From contig JAZKBX010000038.1 in assembly GCA_040388455.1 (NCBI GenBank), positions 80 to 64,079 of the forward strand: a DNA stretch of 64,000 bases, given 5' to 3'. The notes under the pieces were generated by a model, which was not told where the DNA came from, ran no database searches, and saw only the letters and a list, made by a program, of their open reading frames with translations. This DNA is from Bacteroidota bacterium (GTDB lineage: Bacteria; Bacteroidota; Bacteroidia; 2-12-FULL-35-15). This document shows, in pieces, positions 47,215-55,753 of this stretch (positions are counted from its first letter, which is position 1; every line of letters begins with the position of its first letter). A program made the position numbers and the translations under genes.

Positions 47215-47903
47215 TTAGTGTTATTAATCAAAGAAATAAATTCAATTTTTGTTTTTTCATTCTGGAATTCTCCTGAATAGCTTGCAGTAATTGTGCTCGT
47301 ATTTGTGTCTTTAATTCCACGCGAGGCGACACAAAGATGCACCGCATCAATAATTACTGCAACATTGTCTGATTGCAATGCCTCTTTTAAACCCTCCGCA
47401 ATTTGGTTAGTCAGTCGTTCTTGTACCTGTGGTCGTTTTGCGTAGTATTGCACCAAACGATTTATTTTTGATAGCCCAATCACTTGTCCATTTGAAATAT
47501 ATGAAACATGTACTTTGCCAATTATGGGTACAAAATGATGTTCGCAGTATGAATACAGCGTTATGTTTTTTTCAATCAACATTTCGTTGTAGTGATATTT
47601 ATTTTCAAAAAGTTTTACGTCAGGTTTGTTTGCTGGATTTAATCCACTAAATACTTCTTTTACATACATTTTAGCTACTCTATGTGGTGTGCCTTTCAGG
47701 CTGTCATCGTTCAAATCAAGCCCCATTGTGTACATAATCTCTTTAAAATGATAAGCAATGTGTTTTACTTTTTCCTCGTCACTTATTAAAAAAGCATCTG
47801 GCCGCAGTGGCGTTTCTATTGATGTTGCTAAATGTTCATCTCCAATTTCATCTATGGCAATGTCAAGCATGAGGGTATTCAACATAATTTCGTTCGGTTT
47901 CAT
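47211..47903 (-). CDS. folE: GTP cyclohydrolase I
   Basis: 230 aa. Motifs CEHHFVPIIGKVHVSY, GLSKINRLVQYYAKRPQVQERLT and HLCVASRG. Confidence 0.9.
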   Translation of the reverse strand: MKPNEIMLNTLMLDIAIDEIGDEHLATSIETPLRPDAFLISDEEKVKHIAYHFKEIMYTMGLDLNDDSLKGTPHRVAKMYVKEVFSGLNPANKPDVKLFENKYHYNEMLIEKNITLYSYCEHHFVPIIGKVHVSYISNGQVIGLSKINRLVQYYAKRPQVQERLTNQIAEGLKEALQSDNVAVIIDAVHLCVASRGIKDTNTSTITASYSGEFQNEKTKIEFISLINNTK

Positions 47904-48273
47904 ATAGTATGATTTTCAAATTGTATTCATTATTAATTTTGCTCCTTAAAATATTCCAAATAACCATTGCAATATTTTCTACTGTAGGGTTAAGGGTCTT
48001 AAATTCGGTTACATCAAGATTAAGATTTTTATGGTCAAACTTCCTTAAAACATACTTTTTTACAATCGTGCTTAATAGTTTGGTGTCGTAAACGTATCCT
48101 GTTTCCGAATCAATCTCTCCTGTTATTTGCAGTATAAGTACGTAGTTATGTCCATGAAAATTCGGGTTGTTACATTTACCGAAAATTGCTTTGTTCTTCT
48201 CGTCTGTCCATTTAGTATTATGTAACCTATGGGCTGCATTAAAATGTTCTTTTCTATATATGGTTGCTCTCAT
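47863..48273 (-). CDS. 6-pyruvoyl-tetrahydropterin synthase / QueD-family protein
   Basis: 136 aa. Motifs FNAAHRL and CNNPNFHGHNY. It overlaps the annotated folE start by 41 nt. Confidence 0.8.
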   Translation of the reverse strand: MRATIYRKEHFNAAHRLHNTKWTDEKNKAIFGKCNNPNFHGHNYVLILQITGEIDSETGYVYDTKLLSTIVKKYVLRKFDHKNLNLDVTEFKTLNPTVENIAMVIWNILRSKINNEYNLKIILYETERNYVEYPHA

Positions 48274-48287
48274 AGATTACAATAAAA

Positions 48288-48334
48288 CACCCCCGTCTTA
48301 CTTCCCGTAAATCTGAGATGAAAGATCGGGGGTG
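48288..48334 (-). terminator. Hairpin terminator after the 48352 gene
   Basis: 8-bp GC-rich stem cacccccg / cgggggtg with a long loop. On the minus strand it is followed by TTTTATT. Confidence 0.45.
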
Positions 48335-48351
48335 AGTTTTCAATTAACCCT

Positions 48352-49029
48352 CTATTTCTTTTTCTCTTCTTTAAATTTCTCTGGGTATTGTTTAATAATT
48401 CCACTTGCAAGTACGGTCCCCATTTCTACCATGTGTTGTCGTGCTTCATCAAATTTTGAAACTGCATTGGTATAATCATTTTTTAATAAATAAACTGCAT
48501 AAGCAGTAGTTTGGTCTATGTGCGTTTTCATCATGGGTTGGGTTGCTGTTGCCGGCCAATTTTTAGGGTTTGCCGCAGTTAGAAAATCGGCAATATCCTT
48601 AGCGTTTGCATACCAATCGGCAAGGACTTTGTCTAAAGCGATTTTATCATTGCTTTTTGCAGCAGTAAGCACCGGTACAGCCTGCTTGATGTGGGTGGTT
48701 AAAAGTGCTGCAAGTTTATCACCGGCTTCTTTTCCGTAAATTGGCGAAATGGCAGCACCAATATCTTTTTGATTTTGTAATAGTCTGTCTAATGAAGGTT
48801 GTAAGGCTGTGGGATTATGGAAGAATGCATCTACGGTTGCATAAGTCCAAATCATGTGGTCTGCCCATAATTTTTGCATGGCTGTATGTAATTGTTGGGT
48901 TTTGCTGTCCTTTCCACACAGCTCACACATTAAAGGTGATGGCATTTTGCTTTTTGTAAAGCTCGATAAAGTTAGAACTGAAAGTCCTACAATTGCCAAT
49001 ATGCTAAATACTTTTTTCATTTTTTTCAT
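48352..49029 (-). CDS. Hypothetical secreted/lipoprotein-like helical protein
   Basis: The ORF is open to 49071. The signal-peptide Met (MKKMKKVFSILAIVGLSVLTLSS) is at 49029, and the promoter-like motif at 49076-49108 leaves no room for a 49071 start. Confidence 0.55.
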   Translation of the reverse strand: MKKMKKVFSILAIVGLSVLTLSSFTKSKMPSPLMCELCGKDSKTQQLHTAMQKLWADHMIWTYATVDAFFHNPTALQPSLDRLLQNQKDIGAAISPIYGKEAGDKLAALLTTHIKQAVPVLTAAKSNDKIALDKVLADWYANAKDIADFLTAANPKNWPATATQPMMKTHIDQTTAYAVYLLKNDYTNAVSKFDEARQHMVEMGTVLASGIIKQYPEKFKEEKKK

Positions 49030-49075
49030 TTTGTTTTTGTTTAATTGTTTAAATAAAAATATTGAGTTCATCTAA

Positions 49076-49108
49076 TTAGAGTAATCGAGAATCCAAAAGG
49101 TTACAAAG
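49076..49108 (-). promoter_or_regulatory. Candidate ECF-sigma-type promoter (copy A)
   Basis: Minus strand CTTTGTAACCTTTTGGATTCTCGATTACTCTAA. It is 27/33 identical to copy B at 50340-50372, and both sit about 40-47 nt upstream of a start codon. Confidence 0.45.
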
Positions 49109-49130
49109 GTGCGAGACTTTAAAATCTCGT

Positions 49131-49802
49131 TTACAATAATTCGGTACTTGATGCAATTTGAATCATTACTCTTTCTACTATACTATCGCAATAAACAAGA
49201 TTAAATTCAAATATATCTTCTGCTGTGTACGATTTTTCAATTTCTTTTTTCAACATTGTTTTAGCACGATTAAGACGAACCTTTACGTTTGCTTCACTAA
49301 TACTTAATGCATCTGCTGTTTCCATTATATTCAGCCCGTTAATTTCTCTTAAAGAAAAAACCATACTGTAATCCAATGGCACTTGTGTCAAAGCATTTTC
49401 AATAACAAAACTTAATTCTCTATTCAATACTGTTTTGTTTGTGTCGGTGTGTTGTTGGTTTGAAAACATTGGGATTGATTTATCACTAATTTCATTTGCA
49501 ACTTCATTTTTAAAACTAAATTTCTGTCGTTTTCTAAAACAGTTGCTTAGCATTATTTTTATTATCCAAGTTTTAAATGAGGAGCGACCTTCAAATTTTG
49601 ATAAATTGGCATAGGCATCAATAAAAGTATCTTGCATCAAGTCCTGTGTATCTTCGTGATTGTAGTTATAAGACCTACCAGTTTTATATAGAAATGAGTT
49701 ATTTCTCCTGATAAGAATTTCAAATAATGCAATTTCTCCGTTCAGAATTTTTTGTATAACTTCTATGTCAGAATATTGCTCGGAAATCTTCACGTTTTTC
49801 AT
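49131..49802 (-). CDS. ECF-type RNA polymerase sigma-70 factor
   Basis: 223 aa. Region 2 (DLMQDTFIDAY...) and region 4 (LREINGLNIMETADALSISEANVKVRLNRA), with a short C-terminal extension. Confidence 0.85.
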   Translation of the reverse strand: MKNVKISEQYSDIEVIQKILNGEIALFEILIRRNNSFLYKTGRSYNYNHEDTQDLMQDTFIDAYANLSKFEGRSSFKTWIIKIMLSNCFRKRQKFSFKNEVANEISDKSIPMFSNQQHTDTNKTVLNRELSFVIENALTQVPLDYSMVFSLREINGLNIMETADALSISEANVKVRLNRAKTMLKKEIEKSYTAEDIFEFNLVYCDSIVERVMIQIASSTELL

Positions 49803-49915
49803 CTTGTAAATTTATTGTTTTATCCTTTCATCATTCTCTCATTAACTTACTGGGTTTGTAAGTCAATTGTATTTTAATCTTCATTATTTTAGCAAACCCA
49901 ATAAATTAAGCATAT

Positions 49916-50299
49916 TTAGGCAACAATCTTTGCAATTCGCGCCAAAGAAAATGCGCTTATTGCCATTACAAGGTCACGCACAGCCACATCAAGATAGTTG
50001 CCACTTGCTAGTAGTGTAAGGGCAATTAGTGTAAGCCAAGCTGCTACTATAAGTCCACCTATCGCAGGTCTTGCAAGTACAATTATGCCTGCAACAATTT
50101 CAATTACTCCAATAGTCATCATAAATGTATGTGGCGCAAAAGGAATCATTCCTGCAATTCCGGGATGAATGTAGCTTTCCCAATGTGTCAGTAAATTTGT
50201 GAATTTGTCAAGCCCAGCAACAATTGGGACTATACCAAAGGTTAGTTTCAGTAAATTGAAAGTCGGCTTAAGCGTTTGATTTAAATTAGTTGTGTTCAT
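49916..50299 (-). CDS. DoxX-like small membrane protein
   Basis: 127 aa with 3-4 hydrophobic helices. Confidence 0.4.
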   Translation of the reverse strand: MNTTNLNQTLKPTFNLLKLTFGIVPIVAGLDKFTNLLTHWESYIHPGIAGMIPFAPHTFMMTIGVIEIVAGIIVLARPAIGGLIVAAWLTLIALTLLASGNYLDVAVRDLVMAISAFSLARIAKIVA

Positions 50300-50339
50300 T
50301 TTTAATTGTTTTAGTTGAATTTAATTGCTTTATACTACT

Positions 50340-50372
50340 TTAGAGTAAGTGAGAAATGGAAAGGTTACAAAG
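50340..50372 (-). promoter_or_regulatory. Candidate ECF-sigma-type promoter (copy B)
   Basis: Minus strand CTTTGTAACCTTTCCATTTCTCACTTACTCTAA, 41 nt upstream of the 50299 start. Confidence 0.45.
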
Positions 50373-50448
50373 AAATTGGATTAGGGTCGTTTAGGATGGT
50401 GGGCGGGCTTGGGTGCGTATGCTGAATAAAAATGTCAATTTTGAGTTT

Positions 50449-50778
50449 TTATTCTAAAATTTCAATTGTCGCACCATCCAAATCAGATGATATTAAAATT
50501 TGACAGGAAAGACGAATGTCGGATGCTTCATAACCAAACTTTGAAAGCGTTGAAGGTTCGTTGCGATCTTTAGTTATAGAATTTCCTTTTAATCCGGTAA
50601 CTCGTATGATACAAGTTGCACATCTGCCCATTCCACTGCATTCACCAAAGGAATCTAAATACATCTTGTCCCTGAGTAACTCCATCAAATTTCTATAGTC
50701 GCCCGGGTAGGTTTCAATAATTTGTTCTAAATCGTTATCTGCTACTGTAAATTTTATAGTGCTTCTTGTCATTCCCAA
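50449..50778 (-). CDS. 2Fe-2S ferredoxin-like protein
   Basis: 109 aa. Cys pattern GECSGMGRCATC...LSCQ. Confidence 0.7.
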   Translation of the reverse strand: MGMTRSTIKFTVADNDLEQIIETYPGDYRNLMELLRDKMYLDSFGECSGMGRCATCIIRVTGLKGNSITKDRNEPSTLSKFGYEASDIRLSCQILISSDLDGATIEILE

Positions 50779-51230
50779 AAAGGATCCGTGAGATTATCGA
50801 CAAATTTGCAGTCAGAATGATACAGTTGTATTTGTTGCAATTGTTCTTTGGTTGCTACTTTTTGAATTTCATTGAACAACACCCGTTCTTCAAAACGAAT
50901 ATGCTTTTCCAGTTCTTCTTCAATCAAACTAATAGATTTATGAATGTCATTTTCATTCTCAAAAAGACGTTTCAATCTTCTGTGTTCGGCAAGGGCTTGC
51001 TTAACCAACTCGTTTTGGTTTCCCAGTACTGGGAATAGAAATTTTTCTTCTATTTCAAAATGTTGTTCTAAATGATTGTCCCAAAACCAATCCACATACA
51101 TTTTAATCCTTTCCGTTGCAATGTTTCGCTTAATGCCTTCTCTGATTTTCCAACATAGCAATAAGCCGTGATGATGGTCACGGCCCAGTGGCTTTAATGC
51201 TTCTATTCTTTTTTGAGGATTTTGCTTCAT
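50769..51230 (-). CDS. Hemerythrin-like (HHE cation-binding) domain protein
   Basis: 153 aa. His/Glu-rich helical pattern (DHHHGLLLCWKI..., EHFEIEE, EKHIRFEE). Confidence 0.55.
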   Translation of the reverse strand: MKQNPQKRIEALKPLGRDHHHGLLLCWKIREGIKRNIATERIKMYVDWFWDNHLEQHFEIEEKFLFPVLGNQNELVKQALAEHRRLKRLFENENDIHKSISLIEEELEKHIRFEERVLFNEIQKVATKEQLQQIQLYHSDCKFVDNLTDPFWE

Positions 51231-51244
51231 CTTTATTTAATGCA

Positions 51245-51568
51245 TTAATTTTGAATAGAACCAATCAGAAGAATACATTCGAAGTTTGTTTTGTTTTTAA
51301 TGGAATGTTTTGTATTTAAAGGAAAGATAAAAAAATCTCCGATTGTTCCTATATATGTTTCGGAATTAATAATAATTTCTGGAGTTCCCTCTAATACGTA
51401 GGCGTATTCTGTTTTATCTGGATGGAGGTGTTCAGGATAAGTTGCCAGGGGAGAAACTTTTATCAGTTTAAGCCCGCCATTAGGTAGCAAAAGGAGTTCT
51501 TTGCCGGAAAAACCTTTTATTTTTCCGGCTGTCCATGAAAGTTCCAGGGTGTTGATTTTATTTTCCAT
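51245..51568 (-). CDS. Cupin-domain protein
   Basis: 107 aa. Motif PEHLHPDKTEYAYVLEG...FIFPLNTKHS. Confidence 0.7.
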   Translation of the reverse strand: MENKINTLELSWTAGKIKGFSGKELLLLPNGGLKLIKVSPLATYPEHLHPDKTEYAYVLEGTPEIIINSETYIGTIGDFFIFPLNTKHSIKNKTNFECILLIGSIQN

Positions 51569-52299
51569 TATTCTGTTTTTAGCATTTGCTTTTCAAGCTC
51601 AATAGCTTTTGGAAATAAAATGTTATTCTCCAAATGAATGTGTAGATGTAAATCAGTTTCAAACTCTTTTAACAAGGCAAAAGTTACCAGATACGTGTTG
51701 CAAGCATCTTGTGGCGGTGTGTAACTATTACTTAATGATTCAATTTTTCTAAATCGATCCCCTTCTGTGGTGTGCTCGTTCATCATCATTTGAATAGGAT
51801 TTTCAACTGTGCCAAAATGAGGAACTGATAACTCTGTACAGTCTTGTTTTGCCTTTGCCATTTTTCTTACAAAGGGAAACAAAACCAATTCTTCTTTTTT
51901 CATGTGCATTGCTAACTCGCCAGCAGTAGCATTAAAATGCTCCTTGATTACAAACAATTCCGGATGACGTTCTCCGTGAACTCGACATATTTTATCGAGA
52001 TAGGGTTTTATTTCTTGTGTTTTTTCTTCCACATAACGGTGATGTTTTTTCTCTAGGTAATCTGCTAATAAATCAATTGGCCAAGATTTATAGTCGGTTG
52101 AAACTCCCGAGGATTCTTGATTAATGCTGTTTAAATCTGTTACAACCAATTTTGAATCTAATTTTTTTGCAACGCAAGCGTCTTCAATAGTTCTACTTCC
52201 TTGACAACAAAAGTCAATGCCGTATTTTTTAAAAACTGATGCTGCTCTGTAGTCTTGTGCTACCAATTCTCCAATGATACTGTTTTCTTGAATATTCAT
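51568..52299 (-). CDS. Iron-sulfur cluster repair di-iron protein (RIC/ScdA/YtfE family)
   Basis: 243 aa. N-terminal ScdA_N motif ASVFKKYGIDFCCQG plus a hemerythrin-like C-terminus. Confidence 0.8.
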   Translation of the reverse strand: MNIQENSIIGELVAQDYRAASVFKKYGIDFCCQGSRTIEDACVAKKLDSKLVVTDLNSINQESSGVSTDYKSWPIDLLADYLEKKHHRYVEEKTQEIKPYLDKICRVHGERHPELFVIKEHFNATAGELAMHMKKEELVLFPFVRKMAKAKQDCTELSVPHFGTVENPIQMMMNEHTTEGDRFRKIESLSNSYTPPQDACNTYLVTFALLKEFETDLHLHIHLENNILFPKAIELEKQMLKTE

Positions 52300-52312
52300 A
52301 ATGATATGTTTT

Positions 52313-53221
52313 TTAAATTTTATTTCCCCAATTGATTATTTCTTCATTGTTCCATAGCGTAGGGAAAAATTTTCGTTGTTGAAACTTAGGATGTAAATAC
52401 TTTTTCCATTCGCTTCCACCTGTAGCGGCTTTGTTTTCTCCTTTCAAATCAAGATAGTGTTGCGCTGTTTCTAAATGAACCAATGGCCATGCAACATTGT
52501 ACAAATAGTCAAACTCCTTCAATTTCGCTTTTAATGTTTCTGAGCAATTCACCATTTTCAAAACCTTATCTTCAATAGTATTGCCCTTTGTTTTATTCGC
52601 CAAAGCAACTAACCGATCTAAATATCTTTCTTCAAATTGGCGAAGAGTTAACGATTTATTTCCTGTTTTTCTATTTAATCCTGCATCTTTCCAATAGATG
52701 TGCTCAAAACATTCATCGGTAGAAGGGTTGCTTGAAAGCCTTTTTCGGCCTTCTTCATTTATTAGATTTTCAAGGCGAGTACAATAAATTTCTATCAAAC
52801 GAAATGTTGCTGACTGAAACCCGCTTGCAGGAGCCAGGGTGCTACGAAATGTATTGTAATCATCATAGTTCATTCCGTATTTCATTACATCAAATGAGCC
52901 AATGAGCATATTGGTGTATCTATTCAAGCGATTTAATTTTTCAATCCATGCGCGTTCTTCAAAAGGTTCGTAAATCAATTGTTTAATTTCGTGAACCATC
53001 ATTTTTAGAAACAATTCCGTTACTTGATGGTACATAATGAAGATTTCTTCATCTTTAAAATTAGTTCTCGGCCTTTGTAAGGAAAGGAGTGTATCTACTT
53101 CTACATAATCCCAATAATTTATGGGTTTAGCGTGTAGCAACCCTTTCAAGTAAGTTTCACTATTTTCTCCCAATTCTTGATATTTTTTATCAATATCATT
53201 GATTATTTTGTCTTTGTTCAT
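52313..53221 (-). CDS. Tryptophan 2,3-dioxygenase-family protein
   Basis: 302 aa. Motif YWDYVEVDTLLSLQRP...DEEIFIMYHQVTELFLKMM. Confidence 0.7.
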   Translation of the reverse strand: MNKDKIINDIDKKYQELGENSETYLKGLLHAKPINYWDYVEVDTLLSLQRPRTNFKDEEIFIMYHQVTELFLKMMVHEIKQLIYEPFEERAWIEKLNRLNRYTNMLIGSFDVMKYGMNYDDYNTFRSTLAPASGFQSATFRLIEIYCTRLENLINEEGRKRLSSNPSTDECFEHIYWKDAGLNRKTGNKSLTLRQFEERYLDRLVALANKTKGNTIEDKVLKMVNCSETLKAKLKEFDYLYNVAWPLVHLETAQHYLDLKGENKAATGGSEWKKYLHPKFQQRKFFPTLWNNEEIINWGNKI

Positions 53222-53664
53222 ATTGTTGTGTTTTTAAAAAGTGATAGACCAAAAGTTGCAAGACATATCGTTTTAATTATCTCCATCCCGACATAATAGA
53301 AATGCAAGTTGGAAGGCGGTACAGTTTGCCGTTGAATGTGTAATTCTGCTCTGGTATCAAGTGCGGGTAAGAGCCAAAAAGTTTGAATAAGCAAGAGTGC
53401 AAAAGGAATAATAATTAGTAGGTTCTGCCATTCCCAAAGCTCGATGGATCCTAACCATATTATATTGACGATGATAGCTATGGCAAAAATCCATTCCACT
53501 TTGTTGAGTGCGTTAAAAACCAATCGTCCAATACCTAAACCCAAAGGGACTGTAGTTCCGGGTGCACGAAATTTGAGCCACGCTTCCATAAAGCTTATGG
53601 CACAAACAAATCCTATCCAAAGAAAGGTTGCGGTGACAGCTATGGGCATTTTCACAGTTATCAT
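53218..53664 (-). CDS. Hypothetical 4-TM membrane protein
   Basis: 148 aa, hydrophobic. ATGA overlaps on both sides. Confidence 0.45.
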   Translation of the reverse strand: MITVKMPIAVTATFLWIGFVCAISFMEAWLKFRAPGTTVPLGLGIGRLVFNALNKVEWIFAIAIIVNIIWLGSIELWEWQNLLIIIPFALLLIQTFWLLPALDTRAELHIQRQTVPPSNLHFYYVGMEIIKTICLATFGLSLFKNTTI

Positions 53665-54056
53665 AGCAGTGGTATTGCAGGATTGTTTTTATAATATTCA
53701 ATTTTGGAATGGAACATTTCTGCCATTCTTTGTCCTTGCCATTTGGCTCTTGTAGCTTTTTCGCCTTCAAACAAGGAATCTATTGTTTCATTGAAAATGT
53801 GTAACCATTGTTCAAAATGGGTAGCATCAACAGGCAGTTTTGCGTGTGGAAGAAATGGACTGCCATAATAAGTATGCTCGTCCAACAGAACAGTTTGCCA
53901 AAACCGGTACATCTTTTCCAGATGTAGCTGCCAACGATCTTCAATTTTATTGTTGAAAATATCTTTTAGCTTTTCGTCTTCGCGAATTTTTCCGTAGAAA
54001 GTATCCACCATTAATTTGATGTCGTCAATGTTTTTAATATCGTTCTTTTTTGCCAT
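53661..54056 (-). CDS. Group III truncated haemoglobin-like protein
   Basis: 131 aa. Pattern LMVDTFYGKIREDEKLKDIF...HLEKMYRFWQTVLL...Y.G.P...H. Confidence 0.6.
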   Translation of the reverse strand: MAKKNDIKNIDDIKLMVDTFYGKIREDEKLKDIFNNKIEDRWQLHLEKMYRFWQTVLLDEHTYYGSPFLPHAKLPVDATHFEQWLHIFNETIDSLFEGEKATRAKWQGQRMAEMFHSKIEYYKNNPAIPLL

Positions 54057-54061
54057 TTCCT

Positions 54062-54466
54062 TTATAAACTAAAATTCGTAATCAAATAATAGGCTGCCCA
54101 TCCCAAAAAAGCAATTAGCAATATCCACAACCAATTTGGAACGCTTTGCGGTGTTTCACTTCCTTCAATAATAAATTTTTTCTGATTGCCTTTATCATAA
54201 GCGTTAATCATTAATGGAACGGTGCCATCAACAACGCTGTTTTCACTAATTCCTTCGATTGCAATCGCAGGGCCATTGCGAACAATAAATTTAATTTTGC
54301 GAATTCCTTCTCGACCTGTTGGCGATTGGCTGACGATTTTCAAAGTGTGCTCACCATCCGTTAATTTTCTTGTATCTAGTTCAAATTGCACGGGTGCAAC
54401 TAATTTTGCAATTGGTTGCAAATCATCATCTACAAATAGTATTATTTTGCTTTTATCTTCTTGCAT
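54062..54466 (-). CDS. Hypothetical protein with C-terminal membrane anchor
   Basis: 134 aa. Beta-rich N-terminal part, with a TM segment at the C-terminus. Confidence 0.4.
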   Translation of the reverse strand: MQEDKSKIILFVDDDLQPIAKLVAPVQFELDTRKLTDGEHTLKIVSQSPTGREGIRKIKFIVRNGPAIAIEGISENSVVDGTVPLMINAYDKGNQKKFIIEGSETPQSVPNWLWILLIAFLGWAAYYLITNFSL

Positions 54467-54470
54467 CTTA

Positions 54471-54731
54471 TTAATTACTTAAGATTGATTGTTTAATGTG
54501 ATCGGCATTACTCTCACCAGGTTTAATCAAATATTTTATGGAATAAATAAGGGTTAAAACCGTAATGATGGTAATGATGGCTATTATTGCCCAATCCCAG
54601 TTGCTTTGGGGGCCTGCACCGTGGGTTAAACCCTGCGTAATTTTTGGTTGCTGTTTTTCGCAAACAGGACAAGCCAAAATAATTTGCGAGAACAAAGCAA
54701 TTAGCAGCGTCAAAAATGATTTCATTTTCAT
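54471..54731 (-). CDS. Small membrane protein with CPVC motif
   Basis: 86 aa. Signal-like N-terminus, a CPVC motif and one TM helix. Confidence 0.4.
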   Translation of the reverse strand: MKMKSFLTLLIALFSQIILACPVCEKQQPKITQGLTHGAGPQSNWDWAIIAIITIITVLTLIYSIKYLIKPGESNADHIKQSILSN

Positions 54732-54735
54732 TGTT

Positions 54736-55743
54736 CTATTTTTTAGCTGTTAATTTTATAAAATCCATTATTTTTTTTACTTCTTCAGGAGTAACTGTTT
54801 TTGCGCTATTCCTCCAACTTGTTTTTTCGTGATTGATAATGGCAGTTACTTCTTCTGGGGTTAAATTATTGTCTGTCCCAACTGCATTCATAACTGCATA
54901 TTCAGGTCTTGCATCATATCCCAACATTATGATATTGACAAACAACTCGAGGTCGTCACCCAACACAATAGGACTTCCCTTTAAAGAAGGAAAAGCACCT
55001 TTTAATCCTTCACCGTTGGCTTGATGACAACTCATACAGTTTTTTGAGTACAGTAGATTACCGTCTGGAAGATTTACTGTGTTTCCGTTTCCAACTAATG
55101 GTGTTTCTTTTTTCTTGTACAAAAACTCCATTGGTGTCTTACCGTCTGGCAATGGTGTTTGTTTAAGACTTTGGAGATATGCGACTATGTTAAGTGCCTC
55201 TTTGCTCGCAATTATATTTCCATTTATGCCTTTTCTGAATGCATCAGGAACAACAACTTCCACTTCATCCTTACTTACTTCATCTTTAATTTCGAACAGC
55301 CATGGATAGGCAGGCATTATTGATTTTTCTACAACTGCTCTCGGTTGATACAGGTGTAATAAATTCCACGCCATACTTGGTTGACGTGATCCGATATTGG
55401 TTAAATCGGGTCCTGTTCTTTCTGTTCCCATTAATGTGGCAGTGTTTCGCCAAAAATCCGTTCTCGTATTGCCGGCATAATCGGCAGCAATGCCAGGTCT
55501 GTTGCCCCATACTTTATCCATATCTACATTTCGCACTTGTTGGGTATGGCAGGCAACACAACCATTGGCAATAAAACTTTTTTTACCTAAGTAGGCTTGT
55601 TCACTTAGTGGCCCGTAATTGGCCAATGGAGCATTATTTTCCTGATTATTAATAGCCGGAAGAATGGCTACAATAGTGGTTAATCCAACAAATAAACCTA
55701 ATGCAGTTCTGAATAGTTTTTTATGATTATCGAAAAATTCCAT
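54736..55743 (-). CDS. Dihaem c-type cytochrome (FixO/CcoO-like N-part + cytochrome c domain)
   Basis: 335 aa with an N-terminal TM helix and two CxxCH sites (CVACH, CMSCH). Confidence 0.75.
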   Translation of the reverse strand: MEFFDNHKKLFRTALGLFVGLTTIVAILPAINNQENNAPLANYGPLSEQAYLGKKSFIANGCVACHTQQVRNVDMDKVWGNRPGIAADYAGNTRTDFWRNTATLMGTERTGPDLTNIGSRQPSMAWNLLHLYQPRAVVEKSIMPAYPWLFEIKDEVSKDEVEVVVPDAFRKGINGNIIASKEALNIVAYLQSLKQTPLPDGKTPMEFLYKKKETPLVGNGNTVNLPDGNLLYSKNCMSCHQANGEGLKGAFPSLKGSPIVLGDDLELFVNIIMLGYDARPEYAVMNAVGTDNNLTPEEVTAIINHEKTSWRNSAKTVTPEEVKKIMDFIKLTAKK

Positions 55744-55753
55744 TTCGTATATG

